Below are positions 43,501-55,509 of a stretch of DNA of 64,000 bases, in pieces (position 1 is the stretch's first letter; each line of letters starts with the position of its first letter). The notes under the pieces were generated by a model. The model ran no database searches. It saw nothing but the letters and a program-made list of their open reading frames with translations, and had not been told where the DNA came from. The position numbers and the translations under genes were made by a program. Source of the DNA: Chrysemys picta bellii (Eukaryota); the NCBI RefSeq assembly GCF_011386835.1, contig NC_088800.1:85498001-85562000 (forward strand). Reading direction: 5' to 3'.

Positions 43501-46500
43501 AAGTGGCTGTAAATAGGGTTTAGCTTCACACTCAGAACTAGACTGGTTGTTTAATCCTGTGCTTCTTTTCTTGAAGAATCTTGTAGTTCAAACACAGAGG
43601 CTGTTTCACCTATAGCAAGCGAATCCATTGAGACTCCTGTGATTCACCTATTAACAGATGCAAAAGGCAATGTCCTGCACGAAGTCCATGTCCAAATGCA
43701 GGAGCTTCCTGTTGTTGATGCAAAATCCTTGGATCAAGAGGTGAGTGTTTGTTTCTGTTGGATACCCTTCACATATTTTATGCAAAGAAGCAGAATTGCT
43801 ATTCCTTGGTCGGGGCTCTTGAGTTGGAAGGCAGCATTGCTCATTTAAATTCCCCTTACCATCAGTTCCAAGGACACGCTCAAATGGAGAGGACTTACTC
43901 AGGAAGGTCTGCACAGGGCTTGTATAGACTAATTTTAATTCTGTTGTGTTCAGTAGCTACCTTTCCTGTAGAACTTCAGTTCCAACACTAGATGGCAAAC
44001 ATTTTAAACTCATTTGAAAATAACACACAGCTCATGCTGCTGACTGGTTCTTTACAGGACTGACAATGGTAGGGCATCTGGTTGTCAATATATTCTCTTG
44101 CTTGGGGAGAAACAAAAGTCTGTGGTGCTACTAATGTCTTATTTACTAACATCTTAACTTTGATGTGACTATAAACTTAAAAGAAGCTAATAAGCCAGGT
44201 GTAAATAAGGGTGAGGATGCTTTTCCTGTCCAGGCTGTGAAACTGATCTCAAAAGCACATAGGAAAATAGCCTGCAAGTTCAGAGAAAATAAATGGCTGT
44301 GTAGGTTACCTGAAAAGGCCATACTAGAGCATCTGGTAGTGGAGTTCAGTCTCTGTTGTAAAATCGAAGTGATCTGTCATGTATCTGTATGGGATCAGTG
44401 ATGTCTGGTATTATACTTGAGTGACCTAAAATGGCCATATTTTATGGCCACTCCCTGAGGTTAGACTCCAAGTGAAGGGCTAGAAAGTATCCCTTCAACT
44501 CCAGTTTCTCAAGCTCTAGGACTTCTCCAAAGCAGACACATCTCTTTTGCTTTCTGGTATCTGAGATCACAGAACCGGTCACCCTGGTGACAAGCACTGG
44601 AATACAGAGAGTTCTGTTGTCTAAAAGGCTGACTTCAAATCTGCTGTTGTTATCTATTTGACTTTCTTTAGCCATCAAATCCCAAGGAACTACCATGTGA
44701 ATGGGAAGTGAACAATGAGAATTTGCTGAGGCAGGCCATGAGGAATTCTGGGATTGTGATAGAAAAAGTCACTGTGGAGGAGATGCAAAAATCAGATGAA
44801 CCTGGTGTGGCTGCTACAGAAGAACTAGAAAACGAAGAGATGGAAGCGGAAGAAGAGCAGTGTGGGGAACAGTGTGTTGAAGTAGAGCAAGTAGAGACTG
44901 TATGTTTGCATCATGCGCTTTTATCATTTAGCTTATATTTTCTTTTCTATAGGAAGTACATGGGCTGTTAGGAATCACATGTGATCACCTTAGGCATTGG
45001 CTTCAGTGTATCTACACTTCTAATATTTGTGCACTATGTATCAGCATAGTGACCAGCAGAGTGTAATATTTTTTGTGCATTAGAACTTGCAGTGTCAGCA
45101 CCATCTGCTTCTTTGATAACTTGATTTTTCTTGTGTTTAAATCAAAGCGCATTTAGCTTAGTGCCTTTTCCATACAGAATTCTTATATTATGATATTTAA
45201 TTTCAATAGACAGATACAGAAACAAACGGATACAAAAGTTATGTTTGCCCTCACTGTAGTGAAGTCTTCAGTGGGTCTGTTTCCCTTGAAATACACATCA
45301 AAGGACATTTAGGTAAGCCTACTGCACATGCTGTTCTCTAAAATTTACATATCTGAACTCTTTGTGTAGCATTTGTTGTGCAAACTTTATCCCACAACTG
45401 CATGCAGATTCAATTAGCGTTTAAAACACTAACGGAGAAATTAAGGTCAGAACAACTGAGAAGAGACTTCCCCTGAGATCTGAAAGTGATGTAAAATCTA
45501 GGTTAAAAAATGCAAAAGCAGCTCCATATTTCAGGAGCTGCAGAGGTGAAGGCTTTTGCACTAGTGGGGGGAAGTCTGTGTGGAAGGAACATGAGAGCTG
45601 GATTCTAGATGAGCAGGGAAAAGATTGAAGAGAGACCAGATCTGTGAGTGGCTGGAACAGCTCCTTGACATGCTTTAAAAGCAAACAAGTACAATTTTGA
45701 GCTGGATCCTGTAAGAATAGGCAGCTAATAGAATTATGAGAGAATGGAGCAGACCCCATATTTATTATCCATTGTTAATGCTTATATTGGAAAAATCATT
45801 CGCTCTCTTCGCCACTAGACTCCAAGGAGGGTACAAGAATGGCCTTCTGCATAAAGTCTTTCATTTTAGCCACATAAAAGGTACAGCACAGTTAGCACCA
45901 GGACAAATGTTCACGCTACATGCCTGCACATTGCCTTGCTGTGGAGGGAGTGCTACTAAAGATGGGGGGACAGATGGACTTCAGTCGTCTTGGCTCTGAT
46001 GCCGCTGACAAGTGCGAATTGTGGTGATCTTTGATGTGGGCAGAAATACTGGGAACTGGTTTGAGACAAGACCTGTTTCATGTAAGACACAAAAGAGCCA
46101 TTCGATAGTACCAACAGAGCCATTATCAACCTGGTCTTTGAACCAGGGCTTTGAAGGGGAGAAGCACCACATCATCTTACATTAACTCCTCTGTGCCATC
46201 TAGTCCCTCTGGTCAGACATGCTATAACAACGTTATTACTTTGGTGCAATAACAGTTTCAGAATTCCTTTGTGCTGCTGTTGCCTATGGTCTAAAATATG
46301 TCTCCCTCTAGGTTACAAAGTGTTCAAATGCGAGGAGTGTGGTAAAGAGTTCATGAAAGGCTACCTGTTGAAAAAGCACCAGGAAGTGCATGTCAATGAG
46401 CGGCGCTTCCGTTGTGGTGAGTGTGGCAAACTCTACAAGACCATCGCGCATGTGAAGGGACACAAGAGGGTGCACTCAGATGAGCGGCCATATTCCTGTC

Positions 46501-49500
46501 CAAAGTGTGGCAAGAGATACAAAACAAAGGTAGGTGCCTCTTTCCAAAACACACTTGCCTGCAGATCTTTCCTCTCCATAGTCATGCTCTGTGGAAAGTT
46601 AACAGGCTTTGTCTAACAGGGAACTGACAAACGCTTTAAAAAAAATTGTAAAATTGTTTTAAGATCCGGTGATACAATAATGAGGGGCTTACAGTGAGGG
46701 GTAAGACTCAAACAAGCTTTGGAGAAAATTCCCTCCTGTTCTGGATGGACTGCCTGTGCTGCAGGGGATTGGTAAGGCAAATAGTTTAGCAGGTTGGGGG
46801 GGGGTGGGGAATTAGTCATTATGTGAACTGACTTTTTCTTTGCCAAATATGACAGTTAAAAGATATCAGTTGCTATGTACAAGCATGAGCTAATCACCTC
46901 TGGGGAATGAAGTTTGCCTTCAGAAACGGTACGATGCAGTTACCTCTGAAGTGCTAGGCATAGGCTGCGGTTAGCACACTGAACCAACGTCAGCCTCACA
47001 GACATTCTGTAATGGACTCCTCATGCACTGTAGGGAATGCAGTTTTGGTCTGTTTTATTTTAGTTAGCCATCTTCAGCTGTTCCAGGAGAACTAAAGGAT
47101 CCTGGACTCTACCATTAGATACAATGGCCTTGCAGTTCATCTCTAAGTAGGGAAATAGTGGGACCTGTTTCCCTGTTCAGGAATAATCTGTAGTACCTGT
47201 GGCAGAGGATTATTCCTGCCTTGGTGGCAAGAAAAGCTCAAAGGGGTGTCTGCTCCAAAGTCAGAGCTATAATACTCCCTGGGAGAGGCTGTTTAAGTGG
47301 TTTGTTCCTATCACTCTTCCATCGTATCCACTTTCTGCTGCAGAATGCCCAGCAGGTTCATTTCCGCACTCACTTGGAAGAGAAGCCCTACATCTGCCAG
47401 TTCTGCAACCGGGGCTTTCGGGAGAAGGGCTCGTTGGTTCGTCACATCCGTCACCACACAGGCGAAAAGCCATACAAATGTTACAAGTGTGGACGTGGGT
47501 TCGCAGAGCATGGCACTCTTAACAGGCACTTAAAAACCAAAGGTGAGATAGGGAGGCATCTGTCTATGGTGGGATTCTCTTGTGGCTTAATTTGGACCAC
47601 CTGCCCTGCTATGGCTGAATCTTAGTGATCATTTTGTAAGAATCTGTGTAAACAGTAAACTTCTCAGATCTGTGTGACAGCAAGGCCTGCTCAAGTCACA
47701 CTAAGCAAATTCAGTGGCTGATAGACCAGTCTTGTTTGAATGGGCTCTAGCTGCCTTTCCCATAAGCTGTTGATTGTTTCCCTGCAGTTGAGTGGCATTA
47801 AAAGCTGCAACATTTATTCTTTAAACTGTTAAACAAATCCCTTCTACATTCACCCTTCCAGCCAAAAGCAATTCTGATCAGTAAGAGAACTGGTTTATGG
47901 ATAACAAGATCGGGTCCATTCATCTAGTAGAATGATAACGAAAAGTGGAAATCAGTGAAATCAAAATCATTGATGTGTTAAGTCTGACCGAGGCAAAAAC
48001 ATTGAGTTATCTGCGTTTCAAACTCCAGCTTCCATGATCTGTAAAATGCAGTGTTTGGAAGGGGAGAGAGCCTCTCTCCCATGCAGTTTCCACCCTGAAT
48101 CTCACAATATGGGTTTGGCTATTTTGTCCTGTAATTGTTACATTCTCTAAGGCTTTAGGTGAGGCCAGAAAAAACAGGTGTCTTCATAAACTAATGCAAG
48201 TTCACCTGCCTCCCAACAGAAAAAGGATTAAAACACAATAGAAGTGCCAGGTGCCAACAGTTGCTTACATTTTGTGTTCTGTAAAATTAAATGCGGCAGG
48301 TAACTACTCTACATTTGTTTTTGGTTTCTTGACAAGTGAAATTGTCCATTATCTTACTGCCTTTTTCTGTGAAATGCCACAAAGGGGTGTGCTGTGTCTA
48401 GTTGAAGCTGCTATGGTCTGCTGGGCAAATACTAATATTCAGAACACTTGCAAATAAATATTGACGTGGTTGATGGGATCAGCACCCATTGAGAGACACT
48501 ACTTGTTGTTATCTATACTAAATGTGTTCTAAAATCATGTTGGCACGTAATGCTTCTAGAGAATAGTTACAGCTTTGCTAGGAATATAAATATGCTGAAT
48601 TGTATGCTGGTACAATGGCCTGGCTGCTTATGAGGGATGTCAAGGAATCTTGGGTCTATTTTCAGGGGTGAAAGTAACATTAAGCACTTACTGGTATGGA
48701 GGCCTGGCTCTGGGCCCCCAAAAGGGGCAGGGCAGGGGGTCAGCCTCACCCAGCCGTGCTGTCTGGCCCCATGCCGCCTGGGGCTCTGGCTGCTCCTGCA
48801 AGCCCTGGGCCCTTTTAAATCGCTGGGCCCGGGGCAGCTGCCCCTTTCCCCCTGTTGGCGGTGGCCCAGGAGGGGGCAAAAGTGACAATGACAAAGCACT
48901 GCCATGGCAAAGGACCCTCCTTAAATGTCATTGCCCCTTCCCCCCACCCCGTTGGCAGCCGTGCCTATGCCCCTTCCCCCCACCCCGTTGGCAGCCGTGC
49001 CTATAGGGTCCCTACCGGCAGGACTGCTGATAGGGTGGGGCAAAAGGGGCAGCAATGTTAAAGCGCTGCCACAGTAGCGCTTTAACATCAGCTGCGTCAC
49101 AGGCTGGTACCGGCGGCCACTTCTTACTGGCCCACTTTCACCCGTCTATTCTTACACACTTAGGACTTTGAAAGTCTTGCCCACTATTTGATTTAAGCAC
49201 TCAAACGCTTATATTCCTAGTAATTCCATTGTATTATTGGTTAAAGTTGAGGCTGGATTCTAGTCTCCAATGTAGCAAGTCTTCTTGGAGCCTAAAGCTT
49301 GGGTGTAGGGAGGAAGATTAACTGCTGATAGCTTCCGCTCAGCAGTATCCCATAGTGTCTCCTTAGGTTGACACAATATTAGGTGGGACCTAGCATTTGA
49401 TTCTGGGTATGAAAATCCTTGTTTCTCCTCACATTCCTGAAACGTTCAGGTGGCTGCCTTCTTGCATTGAAAGAGGTTGAAGATGTGATGGTTTCTGAGG

Positions 49501-51038
49501 AAAGTCAATCAGCTGACAACTTAGCGGCAACAGTTATTTCTGAAGATCCTCATACTGTTCTAGTAGAATTTTCTTCAGTGGTGGCAGATACTCAGGAATA
49601 CATCATTGAGGTAATAAACCACTATACCAGGCTGGTAGTAACAAGTGGATAAGGAAGGGGAGACGGGAAGAAGGGCTTGTGTTCCACTGAAACCTGTGCT
49701 GTAACTAAATGTGCATTGCTCACCTGTAATGCAATAAAGAGGGGGAGAAGAGTCCATCAGTCCCCAGGGTGCTATGGTGAAAGGATGCTGAGTCTCTGCT
49801 AAGAGGGGCGCACCCTGCATCACTTCTGAGTAACTCGTGTTAATAGGGCCTGGCAGGAACTACATCCAGCTGCCTCCTGGAGAAATACAGGTCGTAGCAG
49901 CAGAGGGAGAACAGGAAGAATGGTGTGGGAGGGAGCCCATGCTCCTGGGGTGACGCTTCTCACAAACAGGATCCATTATAGCATTCTTTAGCAATCTTTT
50001 GCTTTGTCTCTTTCCAGACTGCTACTGAAGACATGGAGACCAGTGAAGCTACTGAAATAATAGAGGGAACCAGACATGAGGTAGGCTGCCAGTTTTGATG
50101 CTCCTTTCGGACCCTACTGTTAAGATGAACATACAGTGCCTGAAAGCCACACTAAGTATACCAAAACCCAGCTAGCTCTCCTTCTCTCTCTCTCTCCCCC
50201 CCAATCTGTAGTTTTGCAGACTGGGCTTTATGACCCAGCACAAAATAGTGTACATATTGGATAAGTGGCGACTTCACATTTTCATTAAGATCTTACGGTG
50301 TTACTTACTGTTCTCTTAAGAATGTCACCACGTGTACTAAAACAAAAAAAATCGTAGTTGGAATGAAGGGAGTCGAATGGTTAAATTTGATTCAATTCTG
50401 GTTGGAATCATCAATATTTAACTCTGCAGTTTGGTTCCAGTTCAAATACTAACATAAAATGATAGCTGAACTTGTTACTGAACTACTTTGAAGTTGTTTG
50501 AAGCAGTTCAGATATGTTTCCTGTAGATTAATGTCTCACACTTATGCTTGCACTGTAACTCCTAGCAAAAGAATACAATATTTTTCACTGTAGAAAATTT
50601 TTTAAACCAGTTATTTGCACTCACTAGTACAACATCCTCCAGACCTCTCTCAGTCATATTTGACTGTTAAGGTTACAAAAGCTGGGACTAAACAGGGAAT
50701 AGATCACTTGATTCCCTGTTCTGTTCATTCCCTCTGGGGCACCTGGCATTGGCCACTGCTGGAAGACAGGATACTGGGCTAGATGGACCTTTGGTCTGAC
50801 CCAGTAGGGCCATTCTTATGTTATGTACAAAATGAATTTCAGGCCAGAAAACATCCTTTCTACACTGACTTGCATAGGAGGAACAAGCATTCCGCGGTAG
50901 GTGGTTGAGGTGTTCTGGAAGTTGTAGTTCTTTCCCATAACTAGTCCTATCAATACCAGAACCCTTCTCTCCTATTCTTCTCTTCCACTGGCTTCCTGGG
51001 AAGTGCAGTGTCTCTGCCTCCCACCCTCTCTCTAGGTT

Positions 51039-51078
<40 letters not shown>

Positions 51079-52040
51079 GTACCCTTCCTTAGCACTCCCA
51101 AAAGACTACAGAGACGTCCCTCAGCATTTGATTACCAAACCTGCTTGGAATGAGTTACCAGTTTAGGGTTTTTTTTGGGTTCAGTTCCAGTTCACTCAAA
51201 AAACCTCTGAATCAGTGTTCAGGTTTGGGTCAGCTCCCTGGTTGGAACTGCAAAGTTAAAGTGAGAGGTTGGCTAGTCTCCTGCTGGACACATCAGAAAC
51301 AATTGTGGTTCATCTTTCTTAAGTTCTTAGACTGAGGCCATCATTCTGGTATTTAAAAACCTGGAATGTGTGACATCCTCAGGCTAGTTTTAAACAGTTT
51401 TTAAAAATAACTTGTCTTGACTTCATTATACAAACTGCTTTCTCAAATACCAGCAGTTCTCTAGTGAGATGAGATGTGATGTACTCCAGCTATCTCACTC
51501 ACTAAGATGCCATACCTTCAATAAATATTTGAATTCATCTGAACCTATTTAATTGTTTGTATTACCTCACTAAAAACCTACTAGACTGCAGTTACAGTTG
51601 TAGCAGGGCAGTAGTAAGCACAATACACTGAACAAGAGGAATTGTTGGATTATTAATGATAAAAAAATTAAATAACTTTTTTCTTAACTTAGGTTGACAG
51701 TCACATTATGAAGGTCGTGCAGCAAATAGTAAATCAAGCAAACTCTGGCCACCAGATCATCGTGCAGAATGTTACAGTGGCAGAAAACTCTGAAGTAACT
51801 ACTGACACTGCAGACACTATCACCATAGCAACACCAGAAAGTCTTACAGAGCAGGTTGCCATGACGCTGGCTTCGGCAATTGGCGAAGGAGCCGTACTGA
51901 CGACAGAGGGTAGCATTGAGACAGAAGAAGCAACTGTGACAATGGTTGCATCAGAGGATATTGAAATAATGGAGCACGTAGGAGAGTTTGTGATAGCCTC
52001 CCAGGAAGGGGAAGTGGAAGTTCAGACAGTGATTGTCTAG
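37120..52040 (+). CDS. E4F1: Transcription factor E4F1 (C2H2 zinc-finger protein), 790 aa, 14 exons
   Basis: Exons 37120-37276, 39752-39903, 39999-40098, 41566-41771, 42418-42538, 42899-43051, 43577-43740, 44672-44899, 45210-45312, 46312-46529, 47344-47542, 49450-49610, 50018-50080, 51693-52040 total 2373 nt, in frame. Hallmarks: LPAPFSEE|DEDDVHKCGRC, VKLLVNKEGRYVCELCHKTFKT, RGFAEHGTLNRHLKTKGGC, C-terminal EVQTVIV*. Confidence 0.97.
37769..37958 (+). mobile_element. hAT-Charlie-like MITE
   Basis: TIRs CAGGGGTTCTCAAACT / AGTTTGAGAGCCGCTG; degenerate TSD GGCTATTC/GACTATTG. Confidence 0.8.
37970..38608 (+). mobile_element. CR1 LINE 3' fragment
   Basis: Translation HLQEDVAELDGMQRRVMEMMRGLEKL resembles the CR1 ORF2 C-terminus; 3' end GGTCTGATCCAGTATGGCCATTGCTATG. 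Confidence 0.8.
38635..38841 (-). mobile_element. hAT-Charlie-like MITE, same family as 37769-37958, inverted
   Basis: TIRs CAGGGGTTCTCA / TGAGAGCCCCTG, perfect TSD CTCTAGGG. It shares CCAGCATTTATAATGGTGTTAAATATAT with the first copy in reverse complement. Confidence 0.9.
38847..39124. mobile_element. PIF/Harbinger-like MITE
   Basis: Ends GGGCCTGGTCTACACT...GAAGACATACCC, flanked by CTA/TTA. Confidence 0.7.
48663..49144. mobile_element. hAT-type non-autonomous element
   Basis: TIRs CAGGGGTGAAAGT / ACTTTCACCCG, TSD TCTATTTT/TCTATTCT, and an internal ~35-bp tandem duplication at ~48930-49002. Confidence 0.8.
50690..50825 (+). mobile_element. CR1-type 3' end
   Basis: GGCATTGGCCACTG..GACAGGATACTGGGCTAGATGGACC..GGTCTGACCCAGTAGGGCCATTCTTATGTTATG. 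Confidence 0.8.
51046..51077. repeat. (AG)n microsatellite
   Basis: About 15 GA/AG units, directly visible. Confidence 0.95.
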
Positions 52041-52073
52041 GGGCCAACACATAGTGAATGGCAGACGTTAAAG

Positions 52074-52324
52074 CAGTGGTGGGCAACCAGCGCCCCATTA
52101 GGGTAATCCGCTGGCAGGCCGCGAGACAGTTCATTTACGTTGACTGTCCGTGGTTCGCCATTCCCAGCCAATGGGAGCTGCGGGAAGTGACACCCAGCAT
52201 GTCCCTGTGGCTTCCCGCAGCTCCCATTGGCTGGGAACAGCGAACCATGGACAGTCAATGTAAACGAACTGTCTCACAGCCCACCAGCAGATTACCCTGA
52301 CAGGCCGCAGGTTGCCCACCACTG
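52074..52324. mobile_element. Foldback hAT-type MITE in the E4F1 3' UTR, 251 bp
   Basis: TIRs CAGTGGTGGGCAACC / GGTTGCCCACCACTG. The arms 52074-52187 and 52211-52324 (114 nt each) are inverted repeats around a 23-nt loop. TSD is degenerate (CGTTAAAG/CCTTAGAA). Confidence 0.9.
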
Positions 52325-52597
52325 CCTTAGAAACAAGTGTTTTTCCACCAGGGCAGGAAACAGGCTCAATCAGCACTAAAAGTTTGCTATTCCAGTTGCT
52401 TGGGAGCAGGAGAGAAACTCGTTAAAAATATATAAGGCAACACTTTATAAACGGAAAGTGGTATAAATTAAGACATCATACATCTTTGTTTTAAAATGAA
52501 AATGCCAGTACTATAATGACCTCTGCCTAGCTTTAAGGTGCAATAAGTGACTAACAGTCTTAATTCAGACCGTCTAACTTTTTGTACAGCTGCCTCC

Positions 52598-52603
52598 AAT
52601 AAA
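52598..52603 (+). terminator. Candidate polyadenylation signal of E4F1
   Basis: First AATAAA I found after the stop at 52040, preceded by TGTA. Confidence 0.45.
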
Positions 52604-55509
52604 GGAATATCCTTTGCAAAGCATTTACCTCAAACCATGGGACAGTAGTGTTCTGGTATTTAAGTCTCAACTTAAATGGAAGCTGTCTTGCTCTGAGAGA
52701 ACCAGATTCATAAATAACTGAAGAGTTTCTGGGCAAATTTACCACTGATGAAAGACCATGGTTTCATGCCTTCCAACCACACTACTTTAATCCTCATAAG
52801 GCATAGTAATGTAGGTTTATCTCTCTCACAGACAATAGCCTTTTATATAAAGAACTCTGACAGAATGCATCATATCCTTGCAATGCTCCACAGGTGGCTA
52901 CTCAGAGCTAATCTTTTCATGTGTGAAGCCATATTGTACAAGATTTTTTTAACCATATACAGATTTTTACTTGCAGATTGTAAATAGAATACATTTTTTA
53001 AAAAATAAAATATTTAAAGTTCTATATAGTTCTAGTATGTCTCCTCTAGTGAACTGATCACCAGAACTACCCTGAAGAATCTCTGCAAGGAGAAGGGGAC
53101 ATTTCCCCCCCTAAATGTACAACTTTAAAAAAAATATTCACTGAGGGTGATTTGAACTTGTCTTCAACTTAGTGCCTGAAGTCTTGGTGGCACAATCCCT
53201 CATAGGTTATGAGGTTTCAAACAAAACTAGGCCTTCAGAAGGCCACCTCCTGTTTTATTCACTCCTCCCCCCAGGGTAATTAGCTTAACGTTCTAGACCC
53301 TATGGCTCAGATCCACAATGGTATTTAGACTCCTAACTTCCATTGAAACCCATGGAAGTAAATATCTTTGTGGAGCTGGGCCTGGGTTCCTTTGTATAAC
53401 CCTAGCCCAACCAAGGGCAGTGCAGTCTTCCCCCTACCACTTTTAACCAACCTGTAATTTGACCTATTATGGCTCCAGGGATTAAAAAAAAAGGGCAAAA
53501 AGTGGGTTAATGGACTTAAAATGGGGCTTAGACCTGTACCTGTCATCCTCTCACTGCCACTCAAGGTGAGCTTGGGATGAAGACAAGTGACTCATGAATA
53601 ATTAAATATGTGCCCATCCACCCAGCTTATATCATGCATCAACTCTGCCAGAATTCAAGTTTCTTGAGTTTTACAACATGAATTCCACACTCATTTTGGG
53701 ACTCTGCAATAGTAATGGTGGCTAAGTAGCCACAATTCCAAAGCCTCAGAGAAGATTTAAAACAAAACAAAAAACATGCATACTTTTCTATAGGAAAGTC
53801 CTATATTTACATATGCAAGCAACTAGACCTAAATTCTGTCACCAGAGTTTTCAAAAGTGACTAGTAATTTTCAATGAGCAACTTAGGATACCTCTAATGG
53901 GGTTTGATTTGCAGAGGATGGAAACTCAGCAGTTTCTGAAAATAAGGGCAGAGTGTCAAATTGAGGCATTGAAACATCAAGTCTCAGCCTGTGTCACCAC
54001 CTGCATACACATGCTCTTCCTATAGGCTCTTCCATTGCAAAGAGCATTGAAGGGAAGATCCAAACTAACCCTGTTTCCTGGATGAAATGATACATCTTTA
54101 TATTTTTTTAAGTTACTGCTTTATGTAAAAAACAGAGTGAAACTACTTATGTTTACAGGTAGATTATATAGGCAGCATTTATATTTTTTCATTCACGCAA
54201 ATGAATCTTTCATGACAAGAAGGGATTAATAGTTTTCACAAGACTGTTTTAGCAGGCATACTCTTCAGCATGAGGTAGGGTTCTGTCACCCGTTTAGTAT
54301 TTCTTTTACTGTATCACCTAGGAGCCCTAGTTAAGGGTGAGGGCCTCAGGGTTGTAGGTACCTTGTACACACACAAAGATGGTCCCTGCTCGAAAGAATT
54401 TTCATGATAAACCAGCACCTCTTAGGAAAATTTATCCTAATTTTACAGGGACACATTCTACTTTCTACAGATTACAGATCTACTTCACAGTGGGTATCCA
54501 TCCCAAGTACAGCCAGGGAAACATTTGGCTTAGTAAGCCAAAGGAGACCATTCTCACAGCTTCTTAGTACCTGTAAAACCCTCCCATAACCACTGGTGAT
54601 GTGTAAAGAGGATTAACTTCAAGTTCATAAAATCAAATGAAATTAAACAACTGTCATGGATAGCATCTAAGCAAATACAGAATACAATATTTTCCTAGCC
54701 CCTCAAAGATGAGGTGGAAAGAGAAGTAGTGTGATCCCAGCCTAAACTTCTGTTCTCTCAGCAATCACATAATGCAGCCATACAAGAGCCACTGCCTTCC
54801 CGGGGAAGCAAGACCTAGATAATGTGTAAATCCAAAAAGAGCTGTACAGTGTAGTATAATATTGGATACATTCAAATAGGTGTGATGAAGCCAAACAACA
54901 GTAAGATTTAAGGCATACTTAGTAGTAGAGTCATGATCTGTTCACCTTAAGAACCATGAAATGGTTTAAGGACTTGTACATTCATTTGCTAAAACACTTC
55001 TATGCAGTTCCTCAAAGGCTTCATTTTCATAGTTACAACAAAAACATTAGATATAAGATGTGGAGGTTCCTGCTAAATATGCTTACTATATTTAGTCCTT
55101 AACACAAATGGAAGTTGGTTAGCCAATTCAAGTTCAGTTTATTTGCTTTAACACGGTTACCCAAAGAACGTACTATAGAAAATCTTTTAAGAAACATTGA
55201 GCTACAATGACATCCGAAGAAGCTATTTTCTAAAGAGGCCTACAAGCCATGGGCCTTAGTCCTCGGTGCTAATAACTAGCACATTAATTCTAGAAGTTCG
55301 GCAAACACCACAGACAATGATCAGCTTTATAAAAATATATTTTACAATTGAGTCATTTAGAAAAAAAAAATCTTTAGCTACAGCACTTAATGAAAAGCAC
55401 AGTATCATTTCAAGAGTCCTTGGTGCTGGCAAAAAGCTCTTCCTGGAGTTAAATCCTTTGGGAAAAGTTTAAAAAATAAATATAGATTTTAAAAGATGTA
55501 ACTATTTCC

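Noticed and set aside
51680-51692. TTCTTAAC just before the last E4F1 acceptor as a U12 branch site
   Set aside because: The matching donor is GTAGGC (U2-type), and the motif is too close to the AG.
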